A stretch of DNA of 63,751 nucleotides, counting the filler, from Sphacelaria rigidula (taxonomy: Eukaryota): NCBI GenBank assembly GCA_964200075.2. It is 8 parts of 8 records of this genome, joined end to end, with 100 filler letters (N's around TTAATTAATTAA, not from the genome) between each part and the next. Parts side by side here need not be neighbours in the genome. Positions count along the whole stretch, not along the records: positions 7,983 to 15,864 come from CAXNAA020013111.1; positions 15,965 to 23,846 come from CAXNAA020013112.1; positions 23,947 to 31,827 come from CAXNAA020013113.1; 5 more parts are not named here. One strand, 5' to 3'. A model generated the notes under the pieces. The model was not told the origin of the DNA. It worked only from the letters and a program-made list of their open reading frames with translations, and made no database searches. Numbering within the stretch: the first letter of the stretch is position 1; each line of letters opens with the position of its first letter. Below are positions 12,926-26,624 of this stretch, in pieces. Both the position numbers and the translations under genes were made by a program.

Positions 12926-13724
12926 CCCAAAAGCTCGATACTACCAATAAGTAGTCAATCCAGAGCTTGATAAACTCAGACATCATTGTTGCCGAAGTCC
13001 ACCGTCAACTTTCACCGAGAATGGCAATATCTACCGCAGTATACGATAACAGCCGTACAAGCTTGTCCAATTTCCAAACAACTCGCAAGAGATCCAAAAC
13101 GTCCATCAGAACACGCTATCACGCCACTTGCATCGCTCCGAGTCACGGAGCGATAGCTGACGCACAATTCTCAAACCAATGCCCCAAATGAGTCTCCTGA
13201 CTCCAAACCGGCAAAATCTCAGACGTCAAATGGAGTGCAACAGCCAAGCAATATACCTCGAACTAGAAGCAAATTAGTACCCATCACGTCTAGAACGCAG
13301 CTGGTCTCTTGCTTGTTCAACTCCGTGAAATCGTATGCATCCCATACCTCTTCTTCGTAAACTCATGAGCATGATGAAAAAAAAAGCCATGACTCAAACC
13401 GCTTTTCAAGCCATGTATACCAATCCAACAACGGCAAACGGATCCGACCTCCGCCATCACTGATCACCCGTAGTGATATCGTTCTCAAACTCGGTTTACC
13501 GAGTACACCCCAGAAAGCATCCAGATGTAATATCCCACCTTGGAATCAGGATCAATATATTCCATCGATCGGTTGAGCGCGAAGTAAGATGCAGCTCTAT
13601 CCCAACCAACAGACTCGCAGCTCACCTGCATCGCTTCCTTACACAAACGGACACTCCATCCATAGGATCCTTGAGCAATGCTACGGTAGGGGTGCACTTT
13701 TTTCGCGAAATTCTGTCTGGTTGA

Positions 13725-15484
13725 GGGGCTTGTAGAGTAGCCCACCTCCAGTACACGTACAGGCAGGTTCATGATGATATACAAGTGAAGCAATCTGTTG
13801 TAGGCGTTTTCTATTGGTTGACGGACTTGCGGGTCTGATCGGCAGACTATGTAGATTTGAACATCACATACTTCATGCATGTGGTTACTTCCGATAACGA
13901 AGGCTGTGTGTTTATGAATAACAACTATCTTGAAGTCTCCAGGCCCTAGTGAGGGAGGAAGCCCTTGGAGCAATCTTGTGACCTTGTTCTGAGTCCAGGA
14001 GGGCTCTATAATATACGCTTATGAAGAGGAAACCGCTAGTTTCTGGAAGAGGTTTTTCAGCTCTGGACAGCTGCGGAGAAATTATATCAGACTCTGTACA
14101 CAGGATTGTGCACTCTGTAACGTGAGGGAGCTCGCTGACAACGGAGAGACGGCTAGGTTGACTGGAACTGTTGGATGCAGCTATGGCAACGCGCAGGAAA
14201 GTGGGTGATGGCGATGCAGGCGAAGAGGTGACGTTTAAGTTTACTGAGCTTATGCCTGCAGGATCGCTGAAAGCCCCAGAGTACGGACGGCATTTTAGCG
14301 AAAATGCGTCCGACGTCTTTATCAGAAGTACGTCGAGTATGAAGAGGCGTGTCAAAATGAACAACAAAGGACGTAGCATGCAGGCCGTGTTACTTACTGA
14401 CTGTTACTGAACTGGTGCCGAAGCACATCCGTGCGTGTTTGTCACGCACGAGTTTTGACGGATCCGTCCTTGACGAAGATGATCTCAAGAAGGCACTAGG
14501 CCGACACACGAAATATTGGCAGGATGAAGAGATCGATCCTCCAGTTGCTGCTGCTGGTGTGCGGAAAGCGTTGGCGGCCGGCAACGAGCAAACTGCAATG
14601 GGAAGAGTAGAAGGGCAGTGGGGTGCCCTGGAGGATTTTTTTGCGGAGAATGCTAGCGCTGAGCGTGAGTTCCGCGATGATGCAGATTTCAAACCAGGAC
14701 CCGCTCAAATCATACCGCGGGAAATGTTGAATGGACTGACCCCCCCCCGAATTCAAAACTAAAGTCCTCAACGTGTTAAACATGATGGGGGGGTGGAAGG
14801 AGGACCCTGGGCTTGTGTTTAACACGGCTCGGGAAGCAGCCGAAGCATTGAAGACGGTGGAAGCGGCGGATAAGCTGCGCCGTCAGCAGCCGCAGCTGAA
14901 ACAAAAGGGCGGCAGCGGGACCTCCGGAAGCAAGCGCCAACCAAATGGTGGAAAAACGGCGACCACTGGCTGTGAGACAACCAGTTTCGGGAGATCTCGG
15001 AAACCGGGCCCGGACTATGCAGGTTGTTTCTTATGGTGAGACAAGGGCCATTTCGTGAAGGATTGCAAGCCGCAAAGCCAGGCCGCTGCTACACAACATA
15101 TTACGGGTGGGCAGACGAAGGTCGACGACACGCAGCAGCAATAACAGCATCTGTCGCAGAGCCCTGGACAGGTGCCTCGCGGAGGGGGCACGAGTCCCGC
15201 CCCTACGAGGGCTGTCTTTTCAGCCGATGAACAAAGCGCTCCCAGCGGGGGGGCGACGGTTCCACAAGAACCGGTCGCTTCTACTGGTGGCGTGCAGCGG
15301 ACCATCTCATCGCACTCGTTCCCAGATTCGAAATCTGAGGCGGTGCCAGCATGGAGATCGCTCAAAGCGGGTGAGGTGTCAGGTTTTCAATTTGAGGGTC
15401 TGCAAGTAGATAGCAAGGAAACGTGGTGTCTTGCCGACTTGTCTGTCCCGAGTGCAGGGGCAAAGGGTGTTTATCCGGTCACAT
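13725..15484 (+). mobile_element. Ty3/gypsy 5' part (LTR/leader and frameshifted gag from ATG 14183), diverging from the 10270-12925 copy
   Basis: KAPEYGRHFSENAS..LVPKHIRACLSR; decayed CX2CX4HX4C near 15024-15066; 14800-15480 is an inverted homolog of ~11935-12620. Confidence 0.85.
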
Positions 15485-15964
15485 GAGCAGTAACTACGAA
15501 ATGCGTAAACTCACTTGTATGTGCGCGCAAGGAAAACGCGAGTGTTTCTTGTGGTTAAAGATGAGTGATCTTCGGCTGTGGAATGTCTTTCGATGGAATG
15601 TTTCATTCCCGTCTGGAAGGATCATGTGGATGGAGTGCCCGTTTGTCTAAGGGAGCGGTGCAGGTCAGCTGCAAGTCTGTTGAGATATGATTCGCATTTC
15701 ATATCGCTTTTCATCGACCGATGGGATATCACGGTCCTGAATCCAAGTTTGGATATTTAATCTGAATGCTTTGGGATTTTGTTTTTTCCTCAAAGTTTGA
15801 ACCCTTCCCCTTCCTCGGGATGAGTCCGTGGTCTCAAGGGATCAACCCATCTCTCCCCCGGAACNNNNNNNNNNNNNNNNNNNNNNNNNNNNNNNNNNNN
15901 NNNNNNNNTTAATTAATTAANNNNNNNNNNNNNNNNNNNNNNNNNNNNNNNNNNNNNNNNNNNN

Positions 15965-16013
15965 CTTGAAATTGATACCGATTCAACAGAAGACTAACCT
16001 CGCGGTCTAAGGG
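15965..16013. mobile_element. Right end of piggyBac-like MITE
   Basis: ctcgcggtctaaggg|TTAA, near-identical to the right end of 20196-20293. Confidence 0.75.
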
Positions 16014-19000
16014 TTAAAAGCGCCAGGCAGCAACGGGCAGAAGAAGCCCATTTTATTCGGGTTATGAGAATTCCACGGAACTTGGAATCATGGGAACATA
16101 ACTGGCCTTGCAACAGACGTACGGAACGTATCGCAAGCAAGCAAATGGCGCACCCTCGACAGGGAACACGGGGTAAGGGCTAGTGTCCATGCTGCGGCTA
16201 GGATGATGGGAGACGATGTACTATATGCCGCCAGGATTACATGTACGAGTTGAGTATAATACTCGCATACGACAGATAGAGCAAAACACAAGAGGTTAGA
16301 AAGCTGTGCTGAAGATGTGTTGTCCAGTTGGCTCGGTTTTTCATGAATAGTTGGCTTGTTTATTCGGCAGTCAACCGCCACATGTGGAATAAAGGCGATG
16401 GATCACTCGAGGTTTTGGCGAGGTTCAAGGGAAGCACGTTCGAAGGACGAGCTAAATGCGTTGCATGCAGTACAGTATAATAGCGCGGAACAATGAATGT
16501 GCCTTCTCTCGCGCTGCATATTTTCGGGGATGGACGACACATGAGGGTCACGAGCAACATTCAGAGGAGGCGACGCCGCAGTGACGAATGCAGCACCCAA
16601 CATACAAGACTATTTTTTCCGCTGCTGGCCAAATGTCGATGCAATTCAAAATCGTAACGGCATAGCTGTTCCTCTGGGATGTACAGCTACAAACACCGAG
16701 CGTGTTGTCAGCCGTGCGAGGAGCAGACTCTGGCCCAATAAGTGGTCGATGCAAAAGCATTTCTTGTGCGCTATTACGTGCATTGGACGCCCGTGCATAA
16801 TTTTTCACTACATGTGGCGCGCCATATGCTTCAAAGGGGTTTATTCACCGAGTCACGAACACCTCGTCGCCTCGTCGTCACAGGCACATCCTGTGTGTAC
16901 AACAAGCAAACAAGACACTGAAAATGTATCGACTGCTGACTGACACTCACGTCAACAAATGATACCATCTCACGCATACCCTACATACCACACCGCCCAG
17001 CACTGCTTTAGCGTACAGCTGTACTGTACTGCTGGGCTGAGGATATACATGAAGAGATAAATATCATGTGTAGCGCATGCACTCACTCGTCGTGGAAGGC
17101 CTTGGAGCGCGAGTACTGCCTTGAAATCGGCAGCTTCATGTACCCGTGTGCCGACACAGACACGGCCATTAAGGCCGTCAAGGCCACACCGCCCATAACC
17201 GTCGTGGTGGCAGGAGACATATTGATTCCTCTACAGTACAAGGATGGTGGTACAGTAATCAGTAGAGGTTTTCTCCTGATACGGGGCGCCTTGAAAATGT
17301 AGACTTGACGACAGGCGAAGGAGTAGTCGTGGTGTGTGAGCTGAGAGGGGGGTGGAGGGCGAGATAAGCGAGGTCAGCAAGGGGAGAGGTTCGGAACTGA
17401 AGATATATTTGTCCGCTCATAAAAACGGTCTTCTACGGTGAAGATCCTTGAATCTTGAGGGGGAAAATCAACAGAACTATTATCCTTTAAAAATTCGGAT
17501 GTTCAATCATGTTTCAGATTTGCCATTGAAACTGAACAGGTCCGTGATCTTCTCACAGCTGTAGAACAATATTGACGCCGTCGCCATCCGGTGATGAGCT
17601 TTGCTTGTGTGGCAAACAGACTCTTGAGCTGCTTTGTTCCGAATATGTTCTCATTACTCCCAACGTCACCAAGGCTTGGCGATCGGTCATTACATCAGTG
17701 TAAAGTATGCTGTAAGACAGTATGTACTATACTCTACGATGTTTTCACGACTTTAGTGTACGAGACACACCATCGACAAGATGCGTAGGGCGGAGTGGCT
17801 GTTTATATGCGACAATCACTCACACACCACACGACGACCGATGTCCCCCTGCGTCCAGAAGACCTCGAGAGGAAACTGACACCAAACTCGAGTACGAAAA
17901 ATGATTTCTACCGAGCCATGTGAATTTTCGATACGACCCGAGGATATCGCGCGGTGGTTTGCGAAGTGTAAAACGAGCCAGGTGCCACAACTCAGTAGAC
18001 GGAAGAGACGTCAAGAAGCACTCGCCAACGGTACGCATAGGCAGTACTACCGACGAAGTTTCGAGCTTCCGACGGGTCAAGGGTTGAAAACAGAACATCT
18101 TGCAAATCCACGAAACACGCCCATCAAAAGTCATATATCGACGATGGATGCGGTTTGATTGGTGATCTTAAGTTTACTTTTCTGCTTCCACCACTAATCT
18201 CCCGCTACAGTGCGCCCTTGCCACGACCGATTTGTAACAGCAGTGTGCTGCCTCCATACTGTCCCCATTTCTCACACGTAGAGGACTACATCTCTGCAGA
18301 CGCGGGTATACACGATCGCGGGTGGCCGTTATCATTGTTCCTCCGCGTTGTCCGTGTACATTTGCATATCCTGTGCCAGGTACTGGTCAGTGTTGGTTGA
18401 TGGCATATATCTCCGATCAAACGGATCAATTTCCCCGAGGCGATATTTTGAAAGGATTTCTGAAATTGAAAGACGGTACCCATCTGATCTCGAAATTTCG
18501 AGAACGGTACCCATCTCAATGGTGTAATTTCGACCCCTTGTTTGCCCCTCAGCGCATGCATGTGGTTCGCAAATACGATTCTACTTCTGGAAAGACCCGT
18601 GCAGAGTGCATGCGGCCACTCTTACAGCTAATGCGACAACGGCGAAGTGTGCAATGTTGCCGCATGGAACACGCGGAAATATTTGGGCGTGTGTGTTTCT
18701 GGATCAACTTGCGTCTCTCTTCGCAATTCGCGATGTGATAACAGGAAACGTCATGTGTACAGGATAGCGCAGTGCTATACAAAAAACAAACAGCAGTTCA
18801 ACTTTGACTCAACTATTATGCCAAGAAAAGATGCGGGTGCAACAGCCATCTCACTCAATGATTTGCAGATGAGAGTGTTTACCGTAATCGCGTGCGCCGA
18901 TTTGAATTCTGCAACGCATAGTTTGCCGAGTGCCTACAAGTCATAGGACATACCCCCTAAACCCCTCCTGCCCGAGGGTTCTGGATCTGCTTTGCGTTGG

Positions 19001-20195
19001 GGCTTGGGCTACGAATAGGTTTTGACAGCCCTTGGTTTTTGTTCGTGAATTGTTGGGGTACCTAACACGAGTGTCCAGCAACCGGTAGACTCTTTTGAGC
19101 GTGAGGAGATCATGACCTACCGGTCTCCACGGTGAACGTATATAAAAATGAGTAACGCACAGCCAGGCCGCGTCAGCAGACGTTGCAGCTTGCTTGACCA
19201 AATGACATACAACAAGAGGTTTGGCCAACATCCTGTTGTCCAATGCATACTCGGTACAGCATGAGTAATCGGTGATCGCGTCTCGGACGGGAAAACTTGA
19301 GAATGGCGTTCGGACTTGTACCAAAATCAATACATGGTGCTGTTGTGCGTTCGAAGAGACATACATCGCCAGTTTGTGCGCCGTAGTGAGTGAAATTGAG
19401 CAAGAGTTCTTGGAAGTAAAATATCTGCAGGAGGTGTTCTACACACGGGTACCCGTATTTCGACAATCATCCTTGATCGAGTCCGTTGACTCCGCTGACC
19501 TCTTGGAGGATGGTGAATAAGGTGGCCTTATCGCGGCCTAAACAGTACAGTCTAAGATAGAGTCAGCACACTGCCCCCCCAAACACGAGCCAGAAAACAC
19601 GACAACATTTCCACATTGAGCCGCATACACGCAACAGACGATATGCCTTCGTGGGGAAGAACTGCTTCGAAATTATATGCAGGTATTAGAGAGTTTCGGA
19701 AAACGCTTGTTTGTTATTTCAGAGTGGAAATATCTCAGGATCAGAGTGCAGAATAATAAAACAAAAAAAGTCATAAAAAAAATGAGGGGAAACCACATTT
19801 GGCGGAGGGGGAAACAAGATTTCGTTATACTCTGATCCTGAGATATTTGCACTCTGAAATGACGAAAAAGCATTTTCCGAAACTCTCTATTAATATATAA
19901 TATAGTGGTCATGTGCGTGCTCGTGCGTCGATCCACCGAATATATAATCAAGCTACGCGCCCGGCATCATCCTGTTCCAGTTGTGGCGACACCACCAGCG
20001 GAGTATACTGCACTATTTGTAGATCATAAATAGTACTGTTCATGAGGAAATCGAGATTTGAAAGCGCCTCTCTCACGGCAGTGGTAATCCCCTCAACGCG
20101 ACCGGCCGTGGATCATTTGCACCTTAGACTAAATTTATGATGTGGAGTTGATGCCGATTCAAAAGATAGTCTGTGCTGGCGGTCAAAGGGTTTAA

Positions 20196-20293
20196 CCCTT
20201 AGACCGCGAGATTAGTCTTTCTGGATCATGCATACTTTTTTTCACTCAAAATTGATGCCGATTCAACAGAAGACTAACCTCGCGGTCTAAGGG
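20196..20293. mobile_element. 98-bp piggyBac-like MITE, with a decayed copy just upstream (~20121-20190)
   Basis: TTAA|CCCTTAGACCGCGAG..CTCGCGGTCTAAGGG|TTAA. Confidence 0.9.
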
Positions 20294-21683
20294 TTAACTT
20301 CCGAGTGATGCCCGGTAGCTCCCCCACACACGAGGCCCCAAAATTGTCAAGGATACAACGTGGCCATACAGCGCATGATTATGATCGCTGTCATGAAGCA
20401 TCCCACAAGGGCGACATGGGGAAAATTATCACAAAAACAGGAGTTCCCAGCAGCTCGGTGTGCTCGGCTTCTGTTATGTTGGTTTATACTGCGATTTTTT
20501 TCTGGGGTGGGGGAGGGGGAGGTGGCTATCACGGCGTCACTAATACCCAGATTTAGTGCATTAAGTGCCTTTGCTCGAAACATAATGATTCAAGGATAGT
20601 CTAGAACCTCATGTGCGCCACATCTCGGGACAGATAACGAAATAGGTGAAAGTGGAGGTGTCGATCGTTTCCCCGTGCTCCGGGGAATGTCCACACCTAT
20701 CGTTCGGGGTTTCATTCATACTTCGTATAGACTTTAGTATATGGACGCCATCTCCATACGGTATATAGGAATTACTAGATATGGGATTCAATCAACGAGG
20801 GAAAAAATGACCCAGACTTTTGAGCACATGGGCACCTTCACCATGATCAGAGGATGAATAGAATATGCAGATCACGGTCTAACTCGTCTGTGTCGATGAT
20901 ATATTGCTTTGAGAACTGAAATTCGCGTCCAGGCCGGCCGACCCTGTAGCAGTGGCAGAGTGATGCCATGGTAGCTCCCCCAAACCAGCCCCGAAATCGT
21001 CACGAAGAAAAAGGTCATACAGCGCATGATACTTGGTTTCAGACTACATGAAGCGCCTCTCATGATCGACATTGATCCCAAGCGAAGGAGTTCTCACCTA
21101 CGCGGTGTGCTCTGCTTTCATCATTTTGATTCGCATCCAGATTTTTCATCCTCCAAGCAACCACATTTTTCACATCTCTTCTTTTCGGGGGGGGGGGGGG
21201 GCATTGCGGCACGGGGGACGGGTNNNNNNNNNNTCCGCTTCTCATGAATTTTTTTCTTTCTTTGGGTGTTTGTGGGGGGGGGGGGGAGGGGGCTATCGCG
21301 ACATGAGTCAAGGTTAGTAGTCAAAAGGGGTACAGGTGGACACTAAATTGTTCGACAGCACAAAAAACAAAAAAACACACACACAGCCTACTTCGTAGGT
21401 ATCAACGCTCAACGCTCAGAGCCCCAAAAGTGGCCTCTGTCTTGTGTGTCGCTCTTAGCTGCCACCGGTTTCTAATTCAGATGACAAGGGTTCGAGTGGC
21501 ATGTGTAGAGCAAGTACTTGCTGCAGGTCCCTCCCGCCCGTGCTTCCAAACGCTCTCCTTCCTCGGCGCGGGTCTGTAGTCCCAAGGGATCAATCCATCT
21601 CCCCCCCGGTTCGACCCTAGCTTGCATTTTGAAATTGTATCGTGGATAGTATCAGCACTCCCGCACCGCGTCAACTTCCGTCA

Positions 21684-21825
21684 GAGCAATGCCACCGTAG
21701 GGGTGCGCTTCTTTTTTCTGGGGTCTCTGTTGTAGGACCCTGTCGATGACAAACATATGAGCCCTAGTGCGCAGCCTCAGGAATCTTTCGGACTGAAAAA
21801 GTGCACCCCTACCGAGGCATTACTC
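21684..21825. mobile_element. 142-bp Sola2-like MITE; a left end also occurs at ~13672
   Basis: TIRs GAGCAATGCCACCGTAGGGGTGC / GCACCCCTACCGAGGCATTACTC; 4-bp TSD GTCA. Confidence 0.8.
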
Positions 21826-23210
21826 GTCAATCAAATATAATTTATTCCGCCACCACTCGTGTCCTCCCGTTTTCAACAAGGTAAAATCATGCACTACCCA
21901 TGAAAGAGCTCACACGGTTCCGCTGGGGGTCGACGCCTCAATCGCCCGACCGAAAGGGTTGCAGTAGTACCAGTTAGAGCACCGCCGGGGGGTGGTGATA
22001 ATCTTAGATTAATCGTAAATCTGCATGCAGCCAGTAGGCATCAGGTGGATAGCGCTGGGTACGCCACAACAAAATACAAATATACTCACGTCTCCTTTCG
22101 TGAGTTCGAGACGATCAGTTCCTCCGCAACCTCGCCCTTCCTGAAAAATACTTCACAACGCTCCGCATGACAGAACAACAAAACAAAAAACAACTCAAGA
22201 CGATGGATTATAATTGCTGTGGTCCGTACCTTGTACGTGTTTTTGGAACACCGTACCTTCGAGAACGAAAGAATCTTTTGAGCAAAAAGAAAACACACGA
22301 GAAGGATAAACTTTTGCCTAACCCCTGTGTGCGACAATTCCCGCCTTCCCAAGTTCGAACCAAGTGCTCACAAACACACGCGATGAGAGTAAGGCGTGCC
22401 GCAAGCTTCAAGCTTACAGTAGGCCGACCAAGCAGAGACAAAAACACCGTCGACACAACGAGGGAACTCCTACAAAATAGTTGCTACTTGACTGCTCGGT
22501 CCTACAGTAACCCACGAAACATTACCAAAAGTGCAGAGAGAGAGAGAGAGGTGAATAAAATGCCCCGTCCGTGCCCCTTCACTCCGATAACCTACCTCGC
22601 TCGCCCCCCCCACAAGCACCGCACTCCACACCAAGCACCGGATCCAGGCACAAACACGCAAGTAAACCACCACCGAAAATCTGGTTAACAAGAAACTCAT
22701 CATGAGGGACTCCAAGTACGACTTGTGTATGACGCCACTTACTGTATCACGCGTTCAAAGTGCTTGCTACGATCTCTTCCCAACTGTCCCCCTTTCCAAG
22801 CACACCCCCACCTCAGGCCGTCACGAACAATCAATCTACTGGACATCGGATGGCGAGGTATGTATACTGTATATATATATATATGGATAAAACTTTGTAC
22901 TTCTTTGGATTTGAGGATTGACCGTTTGATTTGAAAATCTATTCCAATTTCGCAGGCGGAAATACCGATTGATCACGCACACGACCTATAATACACGTCA
23001 CTCGTGCGGAGCGCAGCCTGCGCTGCGATCCGCAGAATAAATACTGGGGAGGGGGGGGGGGGGGGCGCGGAAAGGCAAAAGAAGAAAAGCATGGAGGCAC
23101 GGGGGGGGGGGGGGGGAGCAAAGAAAAAAAAAAAAANNNNNNNNNNAACGCCGACGGCCGACGGCGCACCCCGGGCCGGGGGGGGGGGGCGGGGGGGGGG
23201 GGGGGGGGGG

Positions 23211-23242
<32 letters not shown>

Positions 23243-24019
23243 AGGCACATAAACACTAAAGAAGCAAATACTTGAAGCACATCGTGTGGAGGGGTGAGCA
23301 TAGAAACGAACACAAAGGAACACGAGGAACGACATAATCAAAATGCACATTAATCAAAAAATGAAACCACCACAAGAGGAAGGCCGAGGAGGGGAGGAGG
23401 GGGACGGGGGACGGGACAACAGGGGAACGCATGCAGTACACACTCAAAGGACAAAACACCAAGAGACGAAAAAAAGACTGCGTCCAAAAACAACAAGAGC
23501 GCCGCAGTGTCGTGTGCCAGTGTCCACGATGATATCTTTCAGACGATCCTTCCTTTCCACAAGGTGAATCGCTCGATGTTGGACAGCTTGTCCAGGGACA
23601 TTTCTCTCTGCTCGACGGCAAACATTGTCACGAACGGAGAAAAATAGGTAGGAAAACAATACACCCACGCACCGACCCATCCCAAAAAGGCAAAAACACG
23701 TGTGGGGATCAGGAGGCGGAGGCGGAGGCGTGGGAAACCAAACGAGCAAAAACGGAACCGAAAAAAAAAAAAACGGGGGGAAACACGGGAGCAGAGGGGG
23801 TGAGCCGCGCGGGGTTGGGGAGGCGGCGGGGGGGGGGGGGGGGGGGNNNNNNNNNNNNNNNNNNNNNNNNNNNNNNNNNNNNNNNNNNNNTTAATTAATT
23901 AANNNNNNNNNNNNNNNNNNNNNNNNNNNNNNNNNNNNNNNNNNNNGCAGAGGCCGAGAGGGGGGCGCTAGACGGCGGGGGGGCTGTGGGGGTGGGGGGC
24001 GGGCGGGGGGGGGGCGGGT

Positions 24020-24061
<42 letters not shown>

Positions 24062-24174
24062 CACCCGGACTTCGAAAACAAAACGGGAAAAAAACATGTT
24101 ACTCAAGAGATATCGCCACGCGAAAACAGACGTTTTGCCTCCAGAAATCTCTCACCTTGTGTAGGCCAAATTTC

Positions 24175-26546
24175 CATGGATATACACGTTACAGTTGCCA
24201 TAGCGTTACACGTTACGTTCACGTTCCGAAACGTAACATGAACGTGAAAAATATTTTACGTGATGAACGTAACGTGAACGTAACGTGAACGTAACGTGAA
24301 CGTAACGTTAAATTTTCAAATAAAACGTTAAGGTAACATTAATGTTTTTCACGTGACATGCGTAATGTAACGTGAACGTTAAATTGCCCGAACGTTCAAA
24401 ACACATAATATGAAATGTTTCGTGTAACGTGTAACGTCTATTACGCGTTACACGTGTATTAGACGTTACACGTTACACGAAACGTTTCATATTACGTTAC
24501 ATGCTACATGAAACGTCATAAACACGTTACATGAAACGGTGACACTTTAAGTTTGCGATGAATTTTGAAATCCTAAAAACTTGTGCTTAAATAGAAACCA
24601 GTGAGTTTGAGTAACCGTCGTATATATAGGACATACCATTTCAGCAACTTCGCGGGCTCTGCACCCCCTCACACATTATAAGATACTATCGTGACAGCAT
24701 GGCATCATAACATCATAATCATCTTGACCACACGCATATTCGAGAAACCGGGTGTAACGTACATCTGCACCAGTACATGACCTGGATCCAGGGGGGGGAA
24801 CGGCAGGTCCACAACGAGAGGGTGCCGCAGCAGCCTCCAGCCAATCTCGGCCGTTGGCTGCAGCTGCAGCATCTGATGAAGGACTTGTGTGCCCCGTGGT
24901 CGATGACTTGCAGTGTGCAGTTAACATGCATGTAATTGGCGGGGATGAAGAAGCGGTATATTGGTAGTTGATCTCGGTAGCTGAGAATTGTCCAGAACGT
25001 GCAAGTTAGTATGCAGCGGCCGCTGCTTCCGCAGTCGGAGAGGCGTACTGCACTGAACTGTACTGTACTATCTGTATGTATGCACGCCGCAACGCTGATG
25101 CCCTTCGGAGAGAACTTGTCGCATGCAACAAAGAGGGGAATGGCGGCCCACCCCGACCACACAGGGCTGTGTGGCAAGGTGATGGGGACAATAGTGTAAT
25201 CCAAAGCCACAAGTGGCGGGCGGCCCGCCGGTCGCCGCATCCTGCTGGAAGCTCTCTACCGCGACCCATACTGCTTTCTACGTCAGATGTGCATTACTTA
25301 CTTGCAATGCGCACCCTGCACCTGAAGATAGATTGGATGAAACTTTCGGTCTTCCTCATAGCCCTGCACTTACATGTGCGGATTTTCAGCAGAACGCCAC
25401 TGTTTCGTACCGACGCCAGATAACACGGGATTTTACAAATTGGAGATGGATCTTTTATTGAGGACGAAAACCCAGAGAATTAAAATCTTCGTATCCACAC
25501 TAAATCTTCGAAGTATGGTTCCACTTCTTCACTTGCTGGTAGCTGTTGACAACTGCTACACACGCCATACAAATTTGGATTTCGATAACCGAAATGTCGG
25601 GGTCCTAGGTGAAAAAACCATTTTGGGGGGTTCTAGGTGTCTGATTGGACGCAAAAAATGGTTTTTGACCGAGGACCCCGTTATTTCGGTTATCGAAATC
25701 CAAATTTGTATGGCGTGTAGTAGTTGCCAACAGCTACCAGCAAGTGAAGAAGTGGAACCATACTTCGAAGATGTGGTGTGGATACGAAGATTTCAATTCT
25801 CTGGGTTTTCATCCCCAATAAAAAAATCTATCCCCAATTTCTAAAATCCCGCGTTAGATACGTCATTCTTATCAGCGTCATATTGGTCGTCCTGAAGGTC
25901 CGATCCCAAAAGGGTTTAATACATGTATACATGTACAGAAACAAGGGTACCCATATATAGTTCTGTCTGCGAAATGCCAGGATGACACAAGCCGGCGTTC
26001 AATCATGTTCACGAACTGTCATGTGTACAGTATGCACTGTCATGCGAACGACCGAGCATTCGAAAATTGAAAATTAATGGTTGGCAACAAAAAAATGAAA
26101 TAAAAATCGGAGATATGGGAAAAATACGGTCAAAAACGAATGAACGATACACGGTGGAGAAAGTAACGTTACACAATCAGATAATGCGCCTACGCTCAAA
26201 CATACGACGGGTCACCGTCAACATCCCGTACGGTAACGTCACGCGTTACACGAGACGTTACAATACCTTGAACACTGGTAAATGAGCCGCGACATGCACA
26301 TGATGAAACGTTACATTCGAACGTTACACGTGTCAATGTAAAGTTATACTTGACGCTACACGTTACATGAAAAGTTTTGTATTACATTACATGTGACGTA
26401 ACATGACGTATTGTTTTTCACGTGATGAACATAACGTCAACGTAACGTCAAAGTTTTTTACGTGACATACGGCACGCAACGTGAAGGTCATTTTTTTCAC
26501 GTGATGAACGTAACGTGAACGTGGACGTGTAACGTATATATCCCTG
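24175..26546. mobile_element. Non-autonomous hAT-like element with ACGTGAACGTA-type subterminal repeats
   Basis: Perfect 8-bp TSD CAAATTTC (24167-24174, 26547-26554); TIRs catggatatacacgttac / gtaacgtatatatccctg. Confidence 0.88.
25421..25856. mobile_element. ~435-bp foldback MITE nested in the hAT element; half copy at ~32890-33100
   Basis: Arms taacacgggattttacaaattgg.. / ..ccaatttctaaaatcccgcgtta are complementary over ~200 bp. Confidence 0.85.
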
Positions 26547-26624
26547 CAAATTTCGCCCAGGTATACCTCAGGTAGGATTTTTTTTTCAATCGTACATCAT
26601 CTGCGCCACCGATCATGTCATGCC

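Noticed and set aside
22939..24110. Poly-Pro/poly-Gly ORFs (also ~36790-36970)
   Set aside because: Derived from G/C homopolymer runs beside N gaps; likely low-quality sequence.
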